In this document: piece by piece, positions 9,020-17,640 of the stretch | Layout: every line of letters begins with the position of its first letter | Position numbering within the stretch: position 1 is the first letter of the stretch | Assembly: GCA_964600575.1 (NCBI GenBank) | Contig: CAZRJH010000001.1 | Span: 223,683-287,682, forward strand | Length of the DNA: 64,000 nt | Direction of reading: 5' to 3' | Source: an uncultured Gammaproteobacteria bacterium | GTDB taxonomy: Bacteria; Patescibacteriota; Microgenomatia; UBA8517 | Made by a program: the position numbers and the translations under genes | Notes under the pieces: model-generated | Told to the model about the DNA's origin: nothing | The model's database searches: none | Seen by the model: the letters and a program-made list of their open reading frames with translations, nothing else

Positions 9020-9275
9020 ATGCGTTACTAGCAGGTTCGCGCCCTGCAAGCAGCAGTCAAAAATGACTGACGGAAGCTAACCGTAAAAACAAGCTAGAGT
9101 TTGTCGCTAAGCGGAGAACTCAAATAAAGAGGATTACCTCGAATTTGATTCCGGCCACAAAGCCGGTTTTTTTTGATTTAGGGGTAGTCGAAAAAGGGTG
9201 GTACAGTCCTACCAAGGGCCCCTTTGGGTACCGATTTTATTTTAATCGGCATCCGAAGGGGCTTTTTTTGTGCCC
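9020..9275 (+). promoter_or_regulatory. Second T-box-like riboswitch leader (UGGUACA bulge), paralogous to the 1561-1780 element
   Basis: ACCGUAA (9079-9085) and GUCGCUAAGCGGAG (9104-9117) are shared with the first leader. Hairpin CCGGCC..GGCCGG + U8 lies at 9153-9177. The T-box-like sequence is AAAAAGGGUGGUACAGUCC (9190-9208). It can form the antiterminator AAGGG / UGGUACA / GUCCU-ACCA-AGGGC / CCCUU. A long terminator hairpin (9218-9262) + U7 follows, and a strong SD (GGAGG) directly precedes the ATG at 9296. Confidence 0.55.
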
Positions 9276-9295
9276 AAATAGAGGAGGTGAGAAAT

Positions 9296-9826
9296 ATGAA
9301 TAAAGAAAACATTTATAAAACGGAAGGTGACGGAAGCAATTATCAGGTTTCTTTGATTGCGTCCGTTATATCTAAGCTAACAAAAGAATCAGGAACGATG
9401 CTCCCCAAAGAGCCGGGTGTAATTAAAGAGCTCTTGGAGCAAAGTGTTACCGTTGTCGCTTGGAGTGACGGTAGAGACCCGAAACCGATAGGTTTTGCAG
9501 CTGTTACTTTTAGCTGGGGTGGGTGGAAAGAGATTGGAGGTCTTGTTGTTGACAAAGAATATAGACAGCAAGGGCTTGGGCATTCTTTAGTGGCAGAGAT
9601 TATCAAAGCTGCACAGGAAAACTACCCAGATTCCAACTTATTTGCACTCTGTAACGAGAAGAGTCTAAAACTTTTTTTGGATAACGGTGCAAAAATAATA
9701 ACGGAACCCGACATGTTGCCCGCAGAAGTTTTTGGTGAGTGTATAAGCTGTCCAATGTTTAGCGATACAAAAGCCAAAGGAAAACTTTGTTGCGACATTC
9801 CTGTAATAATTAAGTCGGTAGTCTAA
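9296..9826 (+). CDS. GNAT-family N-acetyltransferase
   Basis: GNAT motif A region GGLVVDKEYRQQGLGHSLV. Start chosen at MNKEN (9296), preceded by GAGGAGGTGA; the longer ORF-track start at 9224 would span the terminator. Confidence 0.55.
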   Translation: MNKENIYKTEGDGSNYQVSLIASVISKLTKESGTMLPKEPGVIKELLEQSVTVVAWSDGRDPKPIGFAAVTFSWGGWKEIGGLVVDKEYRQQGLGHSLVAEIIKAAQENYPDSNLFALCNEKSLKLFLDNGAKIITEPDMLPAEVFGECISCPMFSDTKAKGKLCCDIPVIIKSVV

Positions 9827-9833
9827 AAAACCA

Positions 9834-10934
9834 ATGGAAATACTCAAAAAGTTAATCCAGATAAATTCAGTATCCGGGCAGGAGCAGGAGATTCAGATTT
9901 ATATCAAAAATTTCCTGCATTCGCTCGGATTAATACCCATTGTTTATGGTGGTAATATTTTTGTGCAAATAAAAGGGCAGGATGGTGACAAATGCTTAAT
10001 TTTTAACGCGCACACAGATACCGTTGCCTCGGGTGAGACTGTGTCTTGGCTTAAGCATCCAACAAATGCATATGAGCATGACGGGAAAATATACGGCCTA
10101 GGCTCTTCGGACAACAAAGCTTCTGTTGCCGCACTTTTGAATTTATGCCGGTTTTTTAGCAAAGAAAAACCTGAGTGTGATTTAATATTTACTTTTACAA
10201 TTAAAGAAGAGGTCGATGGTTCCGGAACAAAGAATTTGGTTGCAAAGTTTGGTGGTTCCTGGCTTAAAAACCACAAGATTATTAGTGCAATAGTAATGGA
10301 ACCCACGGCTTCCGAATATTTTTGCACAGGTCATACTGGAAACATGTTTTTAAAAGTGACAACTAGGGGTAAATCCGGTCACGGGAGTGTGCCGATATCC
10401 ACAAATGAACACGCAGTTTTAAAAATGTACAAAGTTATAAAAAAACTTTTAAAACTTGGCGAAAAATGGGGCTTAGAATATGTGGATTTAAAAATAGGAA
10501 AACCTACTATAGCTGTGGCAACCTCGGTTAAGGCGGGGGACCTTACCTCACCCAACAAGTTTCCTGACAAGTGTGAGGCAACTTTTGATGTTAGAACTAC
10601 TCCCAAAATGCACAAAATGTCTTTTAAAATGCTATCGGAATCAATCAAAGGTCTGGGAGATTTGGAGTATGTCACCGAACCTGTGGAGGGAGCTTCAACC
10701 GACATAAATTCAAAAATCGTTCAGCTTTTTTTGAATCAGAAAATCAAAATTAAAAAATTCAAAGGATCATCGGACTTGCCGTTTTTTACAAATATAGGCA
10801 TTCCGGGAATTATTTTTGGTCCGGGAGAACCACAAACAATGCACAAACCAAACGAATATTGCAAAATCAAAAACATTAAAAAGGCGGAATCCATTTTGAA
10901 GCAGATAATTGTCCGTTTCGGGGGGTATAATTAG
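9834..10934 (+). CDS. M20-family metallopeptidase (ArgE/DapE-like deacylase)
   Basis: NAHTDTV and GSSDNKASVAA metal-binding motifs of acetylornithine deacetylase / succinyl-DAP desuccinylase family. Confidence 0.65.
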   Translation: MEILKKLIQINSVSGQEQEIQIYIKNFLHSLGLIPIVYGGNIFVQIKGQDGDKCLIFNAHTDTVASGETVSWLKHPTNAYEHDGKIYGLGSSDNKASVAALLNLCRFFSKEKPECDLIFTFTIKEEVDGSGTKNLVAKFGGSWLKNHKIISAIVMEPTASEYFCTGHTGNMFLKVTTRGKSGHGSVPISTNEHAVLKMYKVIKKLLKLGEKWGLEYVDLKIGKPTIAVATSVKAGDLTSPNKFPDKCEATFDVRTTPKMHKMSFKMLSESIKGLGDLEYVTEPVEGASTDINSKIVQLFLNQKIKIKKFKGSSDLPFFTNIGIPGIIFGPGEPQTMHKPNEYCKIKNIKKAESILKQIIVRFGGYN

Positions 10935-10936
10935 CC

Positions 10937-11560
10937 ATGAAGATTTTCTTAGTAAGGCACGGCGAAACTACGGGCAATGTACAAGATTTCTATCAGACCG
11001 CAGAAACGCCGTTAACCAAAAAGGGGATTGCGCAGGCAAATTTAGTGGCAAAAAGGTTTGTTGGAGTACCAATTGATCTTATTTATTCAAGTTCCCATAT
11101 TCGCGCTATGAATACTGCTCAAATCATTTCTGATGCAATCGGCGTAAGAGTGGAAATGTCTCAAGACCTTATAGAAATCACCAGGCCTAAAGAGGTTAGA
11201 GGGAGAGCAGGTAACGACCCAGTGGCAGAAAAAATAATGTCTCAGGTTAAAAATAACTTTGGCGATAAGTCTTGGAAATATTCGGACGAAGAAAATTTTT
11301 TCGACTTAAACGATAGGGCTGACCGTATTCTTGGCCATCTAGAAAAATTTCATCAAAAGGAAGCAGTAATCTGCGTGTCCCATGGGACTTTTATAAGGTT
11401 TATTGTTTCCAAAGCCATTTTTGGCCAAGGACTTACGCCGGAAATTTTTACTAAAATGAGGTACGGCCTCGGGTCAAATAACACGGGTGTAACCATATTG
11501 GAGAAAAACAAATACGGAGAACTAAAGCTTGAAGCCTGGAACGACACGAGCCATCTTTAA
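10937..11560 (+). CDS. Histidine phosphatase (phosphoglycerate-mutase-like) family protein
   Basis: N-terminal RHGETTGN catalytic RHG motif. Confidence 0.65.
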   Translation: MKIFLVRHGETTGNVQDFYQTAETPLTKKGIAQANLVAKRFVGVPIDLIYSSSHIRAMNTAQIISDAIGVRVEMSQDLIEITRPKEVRGRAGNDPVAEKIMSQVKNNFGDKSWKYSDEENFFDLNDRADRILGHLEKFHQKEAVICVSHGTFIRFIVSKAIFGQGLTPEIFTKMRYGLGSNNTGVTILEKNKYGELKLEAWNDTSHL

Positions 11561-11570
11561 GACAAGCAAA

Positions 11571-11707
11571 CCTTGCCTCTCGCCAAGCCTCGTGGTAAGC
11601 CAACTTGCGGCTTCGCCCAAAGCAACCTTGCCTCTCGCCAAGCCTCGTGGTAAGCCAACTTGCGGCTTCGCCCAAAGCAACCTTGCCTCTCGCCAAGCCT
11701 CGTGGTA
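11571..11707. repeat. 55-bp direct tandem repeat, about 2.5 copies, GC-rich, abutting the rpmF start
   Basis: Unit CCTTGCCTCTCGCCAAGCCTCGTGGTAAGCCAACTTGCGGCTTCGCCCAAAGCAA begins at 11571, 11626 and 11681 (third copy truncated). A 55-bp period does not preserve reading frame. Confidence 0.85.
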
Positions 11708-11718
11708 GAATTAAGCCT

Positions 11719-11877
11719 ATGGTACCGCTTCCAAAGAGAAAACATACAAGATCACGTTCTAACATAAGACGCGCAGGTCAACCCAAGCTTAAACTTGGGA
11801 ACCTAACAAAGTGCAGTAACTGCGGCAAGCTTAGAGAATCTCACAGGGCCTGTCCTTACTGCGGTTTCTACAAATAA
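11719..11877 (+). CDS. rpmF: 50S ribosomal protein L32
   Basis: MVPLPKRKHTRSRSNIRRAG plus the C-terminal zinc ribbon CSNCGKLRESHRACPYCGFY. Confidence 0.8.
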   Translation: MVPLPKRKHTRSRSNIRRAGQPKLKLGNLTKCSNCGKLRESHRACPYCGFYK

Positions 11878-11942
11878 ATTTTACAAATTTAGGTGCTTTT
11901 TCTTCTTGCCACATACACATAGTCTATTTATACTAACTTGAT

Positions 11943-12305
11943 ATGAAAACTTCGACCGATCCGAGGCACATAAGAAGGCGGGAGACCGTGAAAGCACTTT
12001 TTGCAGATACATTTGTGGCTCAGCCCGAATACTCGGAAATGGCCAAAAAAATAATTGAGGCCAAAGACGTGTTGGACTCAAAAATTCAAAAGGCGGCGCC
12101 CGCATGGCCGATTGATAAACTAAATAGAATTGATTTGGCAGTGCTCAGGCTGGCCGTATATGAGCTGGAAAACGAAGACACACCGCCAAAAGTAGTCATA
12201 GACGAAGCAGTCGAGCTTGCAAAAGAATTTGGCAGCGAGTCGTCTTCCTCTTTTGTAAACGGAGTTTTGGGCACAATTTACCAAGAAAAAGAAAAGTCAG
12301 AATAA
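11943..12305 (+). CDS. nusB: Transcription antitermination factor NusB
   Basis: [15 protein letters not shown]...[30 protein letters not shown] matches the NusB family. Confidence 0.75.
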   Translation: MKTSTDPRHIRRRETVKALFADTFVAQPEYSEMAKKIIEAKDVLDSKIQKAAPAWPIDKLNRIDLAVLRLAVYELENEDTPPKVVIDEAVELAKEFGSESSSSFVNGVLGTIYQEKEKSE

Positions 12306-12306
12306 A

Positions 12307-12549
12307 ATGGATACCGAAATTGCAAAAATCAAAGAAAAAATAAGAAAAGAGCTTGCCGATTACTTGGGAACCGATCCCGAAGATATAGACGACGAGTCCG
12401 TTTTAACGGAAGATCTTCATATGCAACCAACCGACTTAACCGATTTTGCCGAGATTCTTTCCTCTGCTGGTTACGACATTTCTAAGTTGGACTTCACCGA
12501 AATTGAAACTTTTTCAGAGCTTGTGGATGCAGTTATGGCAAGAGAGTGA
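12307..12549 (+). CDS. Acyl-carrier-protein-like small acidic protein lacking the phosphopantetheine Ser
   Basis: 80 aa acidic helical protein. EDLHMQPTDLTDF aligns to the ACP DLGADSLDTVEL, but Ser is replaced (Pro/Thr). Located immediately upstream of rnc, as acpP often is. Confidence 0.4.
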   Translation: MDTEIAKIKEKIRKELADYLGTDPEDIDDESVLTEDLHMQPTDLTDFAEILSSAGYDISKLDFTEIETFSELVDAVMARE

Positions 12550-12550
12550 T

Positions 12551-13225
12551 ATGACAGACGTTAAAAAGTTAAAAGAAAGCTTCAAAAACAAAGATTTGTT
12601 CGATCTTGCCCTTACTCATAGGTCGTGGGTTAACGAACATAAAGGAAAAAGAACCCACAACGAGCGGTTAGAGTTTTTGGGAGATGCCGTCTTGGAATTT
12701 GTTGTCTCCAAAGAAATCTATTCCGCCTTTCCCGACAAAGAAGAGGGATATCTTACAGCTTTGCGCGCAAACCTGGTAAACACTGTTTCTTTGTCCGAAA
12801 TAGCCAAAACTCTTAATCTTGGAGAGCTTCTTTTCTTGTCAAAAGGGGAAGAAGAAAGCGGCGGAAGAACAAACCCTTCGCTTTTGGCGGATACAGTTGA
12901 GGCAATAATAGGAGCAATATTTTTGGATTCAGGGGTAGATACGGCAGAAGAGTTCATAAGAGAGAACTTGCTTTTGGATTTGGAAAAGCGGGCAAAATCG
13001 CCGCTTAAAGACCCTAAATCTGTACTCCAGGAGTTTGTACAAGCACAAAGCTTAGCGGCACCCAAGTATGTGGTTTCCAAAGAAACAGGCCCGGATCACA
13101 ACAAGATTTTTGTAATGGAAGTCTGGGTAGACGGTAAAGTTTGGGGGGTGGGAGAAGGCAAGAGCAAAAGCTTGGCCGAGCAGGAAGCAGCCTCAAAAGC
13201 CATATCCGCCAACATTAAATCTTAG
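12551..13225 (+). CDS. rnc: Ribonuclease III
   Basis: ERLEFLGDAVL signature plus a C-terminal dsRBD. Start moved to the internal MTDVKK (12551), just after the upstream stop. Confidence 0.8.
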   Translation: MTDVKKLKESFKNKDLFDLALTHRSWVNEHKGKRTHNERLEFLGDAVLEFVVSKEIYSAFPDKEEGYLTALRANLVNTVSLSEIAKTLNLGELLFLSKGEEESGGRTNPSLLADTVEAIIGAIFLDSGVDTAEEFIRENLLLDLEKRAKSPLKDPKSVLQEFVQAQSLAAPKYVVSKETGPDHNKIFVMEVWVDGKVWGVGEGKSKSLAEQEAASKAISANIKS

Positions 13226-13267
13226 CTACTGGCAGACACCTCAAAAATATAGTAAAATACGCACAAT

Positions 13268-13486
13268 ATGATAGCAATTCGCTTGGCAAGGCTTGGCCGC
13301 AAAAAAGGACCTTTTTACAGGGTTGTTGTCATTGATTCAAGAAAAAAGGTTAACGGTGAGTTTTTAGAGATACTCGGTTTTTGGAATCCGGCAAAAAACA
13401 CCAAAAAGATAGACTCCGAAAAAGTTCAAGGTTGGGTTGCAAAAGGAGCCCAAATCAGCGCAACTGTTAAAAAGCTTTTAGAATAA
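13268..13486 (+). CDS. rpsP: 30S ribosomal protein S16
   Basis: MIAIRLARLGRKKGPFYRVVV matches the S16 N-terminus. Confidence 0.8.
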   Translation: MIAIRLARLGRKKGPFYRVVVIDSRKKVNGEFLEILGFWNPAKNTKKIDSEKVQGWVAKGAQISATVKKLLE

Positions 13487-13487
13487 T

Positions 13488-13715
13488 ATGATAGATTTAC
13501 TAAACTTCATGCTAAAGGGTCTCTTGGGAGAAGAGGAATTTTCCGTTACCGAATCCGAAGCAGAAGGTAGAACTCTTTACTCCATAAAGACCAAACCCGA
13601 AAACATTGGACTGGTAATTGGAAAGGGTGGCAGAACAATTCATTCATTGAGGAATCTTCTTAAGGTTAGAGCAACCCTCGAGAAAAAAGCCGTCGGCCTA
13701 GAGATTACAGAGTAA
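13488..13715 (+). CDS. KH-domain RNA-binding protein (YlqC/UPF0109-like)
   Basis: GLVIGKGGRTIHSLR KH GXXG motif; conserved position after rpsP. Confidence 0.7.
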   Translation: MIDLLNFMLKGLLGEEEFSVTESEAEGRTLYSIKTKPENIGLVIGKGGRTIHSLRNLLKVRATLEKKAVGLEITE

Positions 13716-13769
13716 CAACTAAAGGTCATTCTCCTCGCAAATCCGATATCTTAATTCAAAAAATTTTTG

Positions 13770-14444
13770 TTATGGTAAAAACGGATCTTCTTTGCCTGCG
13801 GTATCAGTAGCAGTTATGGTGGAGAAATCAGGCATTTCTAAATTATTTATCATTTCCAAAAGGGTAGACTCTGCGCTCGTAAGTTCTGCAACTTTTTCCG
13901 TAAGGGCCGGGAGCTTGGTAGGAAGCGCCGACCAATAAGATTTAACGCTAATTGTAGACCTAGCAGTTCCGCCGGTTTCGTTTAATTTTATTTTATCGAC
14001 AACGGTTATAGGAGCAAGAGTTTGTATGTCAAGTATTGTTTGAATCACCTGACCTCTTCCCCCTGTAATGTCGAAAGTTATATCAACTCTTTGCAAACCA
14101 GAAGAATCGGCAACCTCGGCCCCGCTTTTAATATTTCCTATTGTAACCCCGTTTTCTGTTCCCAAACTCCTAAGTTGTGACAATAGCACAACGGACGGGT
14201 TTGCTTCGGGAAAAGCAATTGTCGCGTTTTGTGCCCCCAATACAATGTTTTCCGGAACTCGTTGTAATGTTGATAATTTCTGATTTAAAGCAGTTTGGTC
14301 GGTTTGAGCTTTTTTAATGTTTGTCCTAAGTCCGGAAATCTTACCGTAACCAAAAGACCAAACAAAATAAGTTAACATTATTACACCTACCAAAGGGCCA
14401 AAAGCCATTAGTTGCATTTTTGTACCTTCGTTTAAACCTTTCAT
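13770..14444 (-). CDS. pilO: Type IV pilus assembly protein PilO-like
   Basis: N-terminal TM, coiled coil, position after pilN; PilO-like length. Confidence 0.5.
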   Translation of the reverse strand: MKGLNEGTKMQLMAFGPLVGVIMLTYFVWSFGYGKISGLRTNIKKAQTDQTALNQKLSTLQRVPENIVLGAQNATIAFPEANPSVVLLSQLRSLGTENGVTIGNIKSGAEVADSSGLQRVDITFDITGGRGQVIQTILDIQTLAPITVVDKIKLNETGGTARSTISVKSYWSALPTKLPALTEKVAELTSAESTLLEMINNLEMPDFSTITATDTAGKEDPFLP

Positions 14445-14453
14445 TTTAATAAT

Positions 14454-14981
14454 CTACAATAAGTGAACTGTTACAAGATAACCGCTAGACGGGTTATAAC
14501 CAAACGACGACAAGATTGAAGATTTATAAACTTTATTCTCAGAAATACTTCTTAGGAAATTTGTTAAATCTTCGTTATTTCTAAAAAGAATGGAAACATC
14601 CGTTTTCTGTGTATCTACTTCAAGTTCTGTTAAAGAGGAGTTGCCCACAAGTTCGCTTATAAACGGATCTATTTTTATCATATTTTTGGTGGAGTCCGGA
14701 AGATTCTTGACAGTTTGTATCTTTGCTAATCTATCTTTAAGTAAAACTAACTGCTGCTCGCTGCTTTCTTGTGCTGTAATTTGACCCTTAAGTTTGGTGT
14801 TGGCTGCATTAAGGTCTTGAAACTGTAGGCTGCTAATTACAAAAAATACGCCCAAGCCAAAACCAACTACTAAAAATATACCCAAGAAAATTACATTAAG
14901 CATTCTAGCCAATTTCATTAACTGAGCAATTGGACCACTAATGGTTGCTTCCGGAGGCAGTAAATTTATTTTAATAGCCAT
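14454..14981 (-). CDS. pilN: Type IV pilus assembly protein PilN
   Basis: INLLP motif at the N-terminus followed by a TM helix; lies between pilM and pilO. Confidence 0.6.
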   Translation of the reverse strand: MAIKINLLPPEATISGPIAQLMKLARMLNVIFLGIFLVVGFGLGVFFVISSLQFQDLNAANTKLKGQITAQESSEQQLVLLKDRLAKIQTVKNLPDSTKNMIKIDPFISELVGNSSLTELEVDTQKTDVSILFRNNEDLTNFLRSISENKVYKSSILSSFGYNPSSGYLVTVHLL

Positions 14982-14985
14982 ATTG

Positions 14986-15996
14986 TTATTCCCTCATGGC
15001 CAAACCTGACGCTACAGAATACAGAGGTGCATAAGGGGCCAGTCTTTGAGATGTCTCGGCATCAACCGAAATTTTGGAAAAAGGATTTGCGACTAATACT
15101 TCGAGGCCCATTAAGCTACTTAACGACGAAATCATTTGCGGCATTCCACTGCTTCCACCCGATAAAATAACTGCGGTGGGTGCGTCTCCCTTTTCCTCAG
15201 TTTGATAAAAATTAATTGCTTTTTTGACTTCATCAACAACCATCCTAAGGACCGGTTCGAGTGCAACCTTGATTTTTCCTTCCAATTGTTTAACTTCTAA
15301 CCCGTAAGTTTTTTTGTATTCCTCTGCCTGGACAGGGGATATTCCAAGTCCTTGAGAAACTGCTCTTGTAAAAGCTTCTCCCGCGATAGGAATTGATCTG
15401 GAGAAAGATAAAAGTCCATTTTTGGCTATAGCTATATCAGTTGAATTTGCTCCTAAGTCCAAAAGTAGAACTGTTTTATCTACAGGTGCAAGTGATCTGG
15501 TTAGGGCAATCAGTTCGGTCTCAACCGCCATTGTGTTAAGGCCAGCAGCGGAAACGACTTTCATATATTTATCAATAACGACTCTGGGGGCTGCAACCAG
15601 AAGCACAATGACTTCCGGTGGAGTTGATGTCTCATTGCGAGATAAAATACTGTGCTGAATAATAGCCTCGTTTACTGGAATAGGTATATATTGTTCCGAT
15701 TCCCATTTAACAGCGCTGGCAATTTCTGCGTCAGTTAATAACGGAAATTTTATTGTTCTGGTAAAAACAAGCTGCTCTGGCAGAGCTATGACAACCTCTT
15801 TTGATGAGACTCCGGCTTCGCTGTGAAGCTTTTTAACAACTTCGCCCAAATTAGCAAATTCTTTGTCGTCGGCCATCTTTTCCACAGACTGCCCTGCATA
15901 CCCGACAATACCCGAAGCTGCCAAGGTAAAGGCCTCTCCTTCTTTTTGAAGTTCAACTATTTTTATTGTCTTTGATCCTATATCTATTCCTACCAT
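14986..15996 (-). CDS. pilM: Type IV pilus assembly ATPase-fold protein PilM
   Basis: MVGIDIGSKTIKIVEL actin-like N-terminus and LDLGANSTDIA phosphate-2-like motif. Confidence 0.75.
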   Translation of the reverse strand: MVGIDIGSKTIKIVELQKEGEAFTLAASGIVGYAGQSVEKMADDKEFANLGEVVKKLHSEAGVSSKEVVIALPEQLVFTRTIKFPLLTDAEIASAVKWESEQYIPIPVNEAIIQHSILSRNETSTPPEVIVLLVAAPRVVIDKYMKVVSAAGLNTMAVETELIALTRSLAPVDKTVLLLDLGANSTDIAIAKNGLLSFSRSIPIAGEAFTRAVSQGLGISPVQAEEYKKTYGLEVKQLEGKIKVALEPVLRMVVDEVKKAINFYQTEEKGDAPTAVILSGGSSGMPQMISSLSSLMGLEVLVANPFSKISVDAETSQRLAPYAPLYSVASGLAMRE

Positions 15997-16096
15997 ATGT
16001 ATTTACCCGGCCAACCATACGGCTAGAAGGGCAGTTAATAAATACTAACAATTTTTTACAACCGTGTCACAAGTAATTTAGATTTTACTAAATAAA

Positions 16097-16996
16097 TTAT
16101 TTACTAACACCAGACGGGCTATAAATCGCAAACTCGAAATCACTGGGTATTTCTGACCAACTCTGGAATACGTTCAATCTTCTTTGGCTTTGTCCCGCAA
16201 CACCACTAGAATCAACAGCCAGGCCCTGTGTTGGCAATAATGCACCGCCCGCATAGGCCACATTAAAACCGACATTATGATTTTGATCTGTGTTGTAAAA
16301 CATTCTGACTCTGGCATAATTAAGCCCTCCTTGGGTGTTGTATATACCCGCAGCTATTCCTAAAGTCGACAAATCTATGGTCTTTTGGAACGCAAAGACT
16401 TCACCGTTTATGGTGCAAGTTCCGGGATCTGGGCTAGAGAAGTTGTTTGTGGCAATTCTAGATAAATTAGGATCAAAAGCGGCTCTAGCAATTGTAGCGG
16501 TTGCAGGATTTCCGGGTGTAGTCTCGTAAACCACAGTAACCTCAACTGCGGGAGTGGATGCTAGCACCGAACTGGTACCGCTTTTACCCCAACACACCTG
16601 AAGATATCTTCCTGTGAAACAAGGGTGTTGGGCGTCGCAGACTACTGAGCCGGAACTATCGTGATCCATAAACCAAATAGTTGATGTTTCACCCGGAGAA
16701 AGATTAACGGGATAAACCAACGACTGTTGGCCTGAGGCAAAGTTTGTAACAGTGCTTGTAAAGTTAGCATTGCCGATCTGGCTTGTGCCACCAGTACCCA
16801 ATATTAAAGCCTGTTCGACTCCTGCTTCTGCTGCAGAAAACGCCCGGATTGCGTCTTCTGATCTAGAAGAAACGGCGACATCGGTTACACTCCTTGCCAA
16901 GACGAAAAGAACCAAAGTAAGAACTACGGCTAACGACAGTAGAACCAAAACCAAGGCTTGGCCGCTGCTATTTTTATTATCCTCAAAAAAACCCAT
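16097..16996 (-). CDS. PilX-like pilus assembly protein (PilX_N domain), membrane anchored
   Basis: SGQALVLVLLSLAVVLTLVLFVLARS...AIRAFSAAEAGVEQAL resembles PilX_N (..ALVVALLVL..TLLG..A...S......AF.AAEAG). First gene of the pilM-N-O operon. Confidence 0.5.
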   Translation of the reverse strand: MGFFEDNKNSSGQALVLVLLSLAVVLTLVLFVLARSVTDVAVSSRSEDAIRAFSAAEAGVEQALILGTGGTSQIGNANFTSTVTNFASGQQSLVYPVNLSPGETSTIWFMDHDSSGSVVCDAQHPCFTGRYLQVCWGKSGTSSVLASTPAVEVTVVYETTPGNPATATIARAAFDPNLSRIATNNFSSPDPGTCTINGEVFAFQKTIDLSTLGIAAGIYNTQGGLNYARVRMFYNTDQNHNVGFNVAYAGGALLPTQGLAVDSSGVAGQSQRRLNVFQSWSEIPSDFEFAIYSPSGVSK

Positions 16997-17016
16997 TAAC
17001 TAATTAAACATCAAAG

Positions 17017-17640
17017 TTAGAACAACTTCAACATAAATTTCAAAATAAGAAATATTGTCTTAATTGCTATTTCCAAATCCAGGAAAAAATTGGCCTTTTC
17101 CAAATACTCACCGTCGAGTTTCATCCATTTTTGAAAGGACATGTCGTGAGATCCATTTGTTACCCATTCACTTGTAATACCGGGTTTGGCAATATGTCTT
17201 TTAAAATCGGTTTGGCTTAGTCTATCGGCTTCGTTCAGCGGCAATGGCCTGGGGCCGACAATGCTCATCTCTCCTTTTAAAACATTTATCAACTGAGGCA
17301 ATTCATCTAGGCCTATTTTGGATAATATTTTTCCTACCCCTGTAAACCTCGGGTCGTCGGTGATTTTAAATACAGGGCCGCCCACTTCGTTTAACTTTTT
17401 TAAGGACTTTTTTCTTGATTCCGCTTCCATAATCATAGACCTAAATTTATATATTAAAAAAGTTTTACCTTTGTAACCGGTTCTTTTTTGTTTAAAAATA
17501 ATGGGAGGTCCCTGAGAGAAAAATAAAACCAAGCATATTACCGCAAAAACAGGGATGGCAAACAATAGGCCAAAAAATGCCACTACTAGATCAAAAATTC
17601 TTTTACTGGGTGACTCTAGATAAACGGAATATTTGTTCAT
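17017..17640 (-). CDS. Undecaprenyl-phosphate sugar-phosphate transferase (bacterial sugar transferase, WbaP/PglC-type initiating enzyme)
   Basis: KRIFDLVVA..., PQLINVLKGEMSIVGPRP signature; single N-terminal TM; about 200 aa small PGT form. Confidence 0.8.
   Translation of the reverse strand: MNKYSVYLESPSKRIFDLVVAFFGLLFAIPVFAVICLVLFFSQGPPIIFKQKRTGYKGKTFLIYKFRSMIMEAESRKKSLKKLNEVGGPVFKITDDPRFTGVGKILSKIGLDELPQLINVLKGEMSIVGPRPLPLNEADRLSQTDFKRHIAKPGITSEWVTNGSHDMSFQKWMKLDGEYLEKANFFLDLEIAIKTIFLILKFMLKLF

Noticed and set aside
9153-9177. Hairpin CCGGCC..GGCCGG + U8 as a simple recG terminator
   Set aside because: It may well terminate recG. However, it sits inside the conserved leader between the shared core and the T-box sequence, at the same relative position as the stem 1688-1709 in the paralogous leader, so it is reported as part of the leader.
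11571-11707. Tandem repeats as a CRISPR array
   Set aside because: Units are directly adjacent without unique spacers, only 2.5 copies, no cas genes nearby.
11451-11765. Minus-strand ORFs (104 aa, 62 aa) and the N-terminal extension of the + ORF 11605..11877 over the tandem repeat
   Set aside because: They are generated by the GC-rich 55-bp repeat and show repeated peptide segments; the real gene is rpmF starting at 11719.
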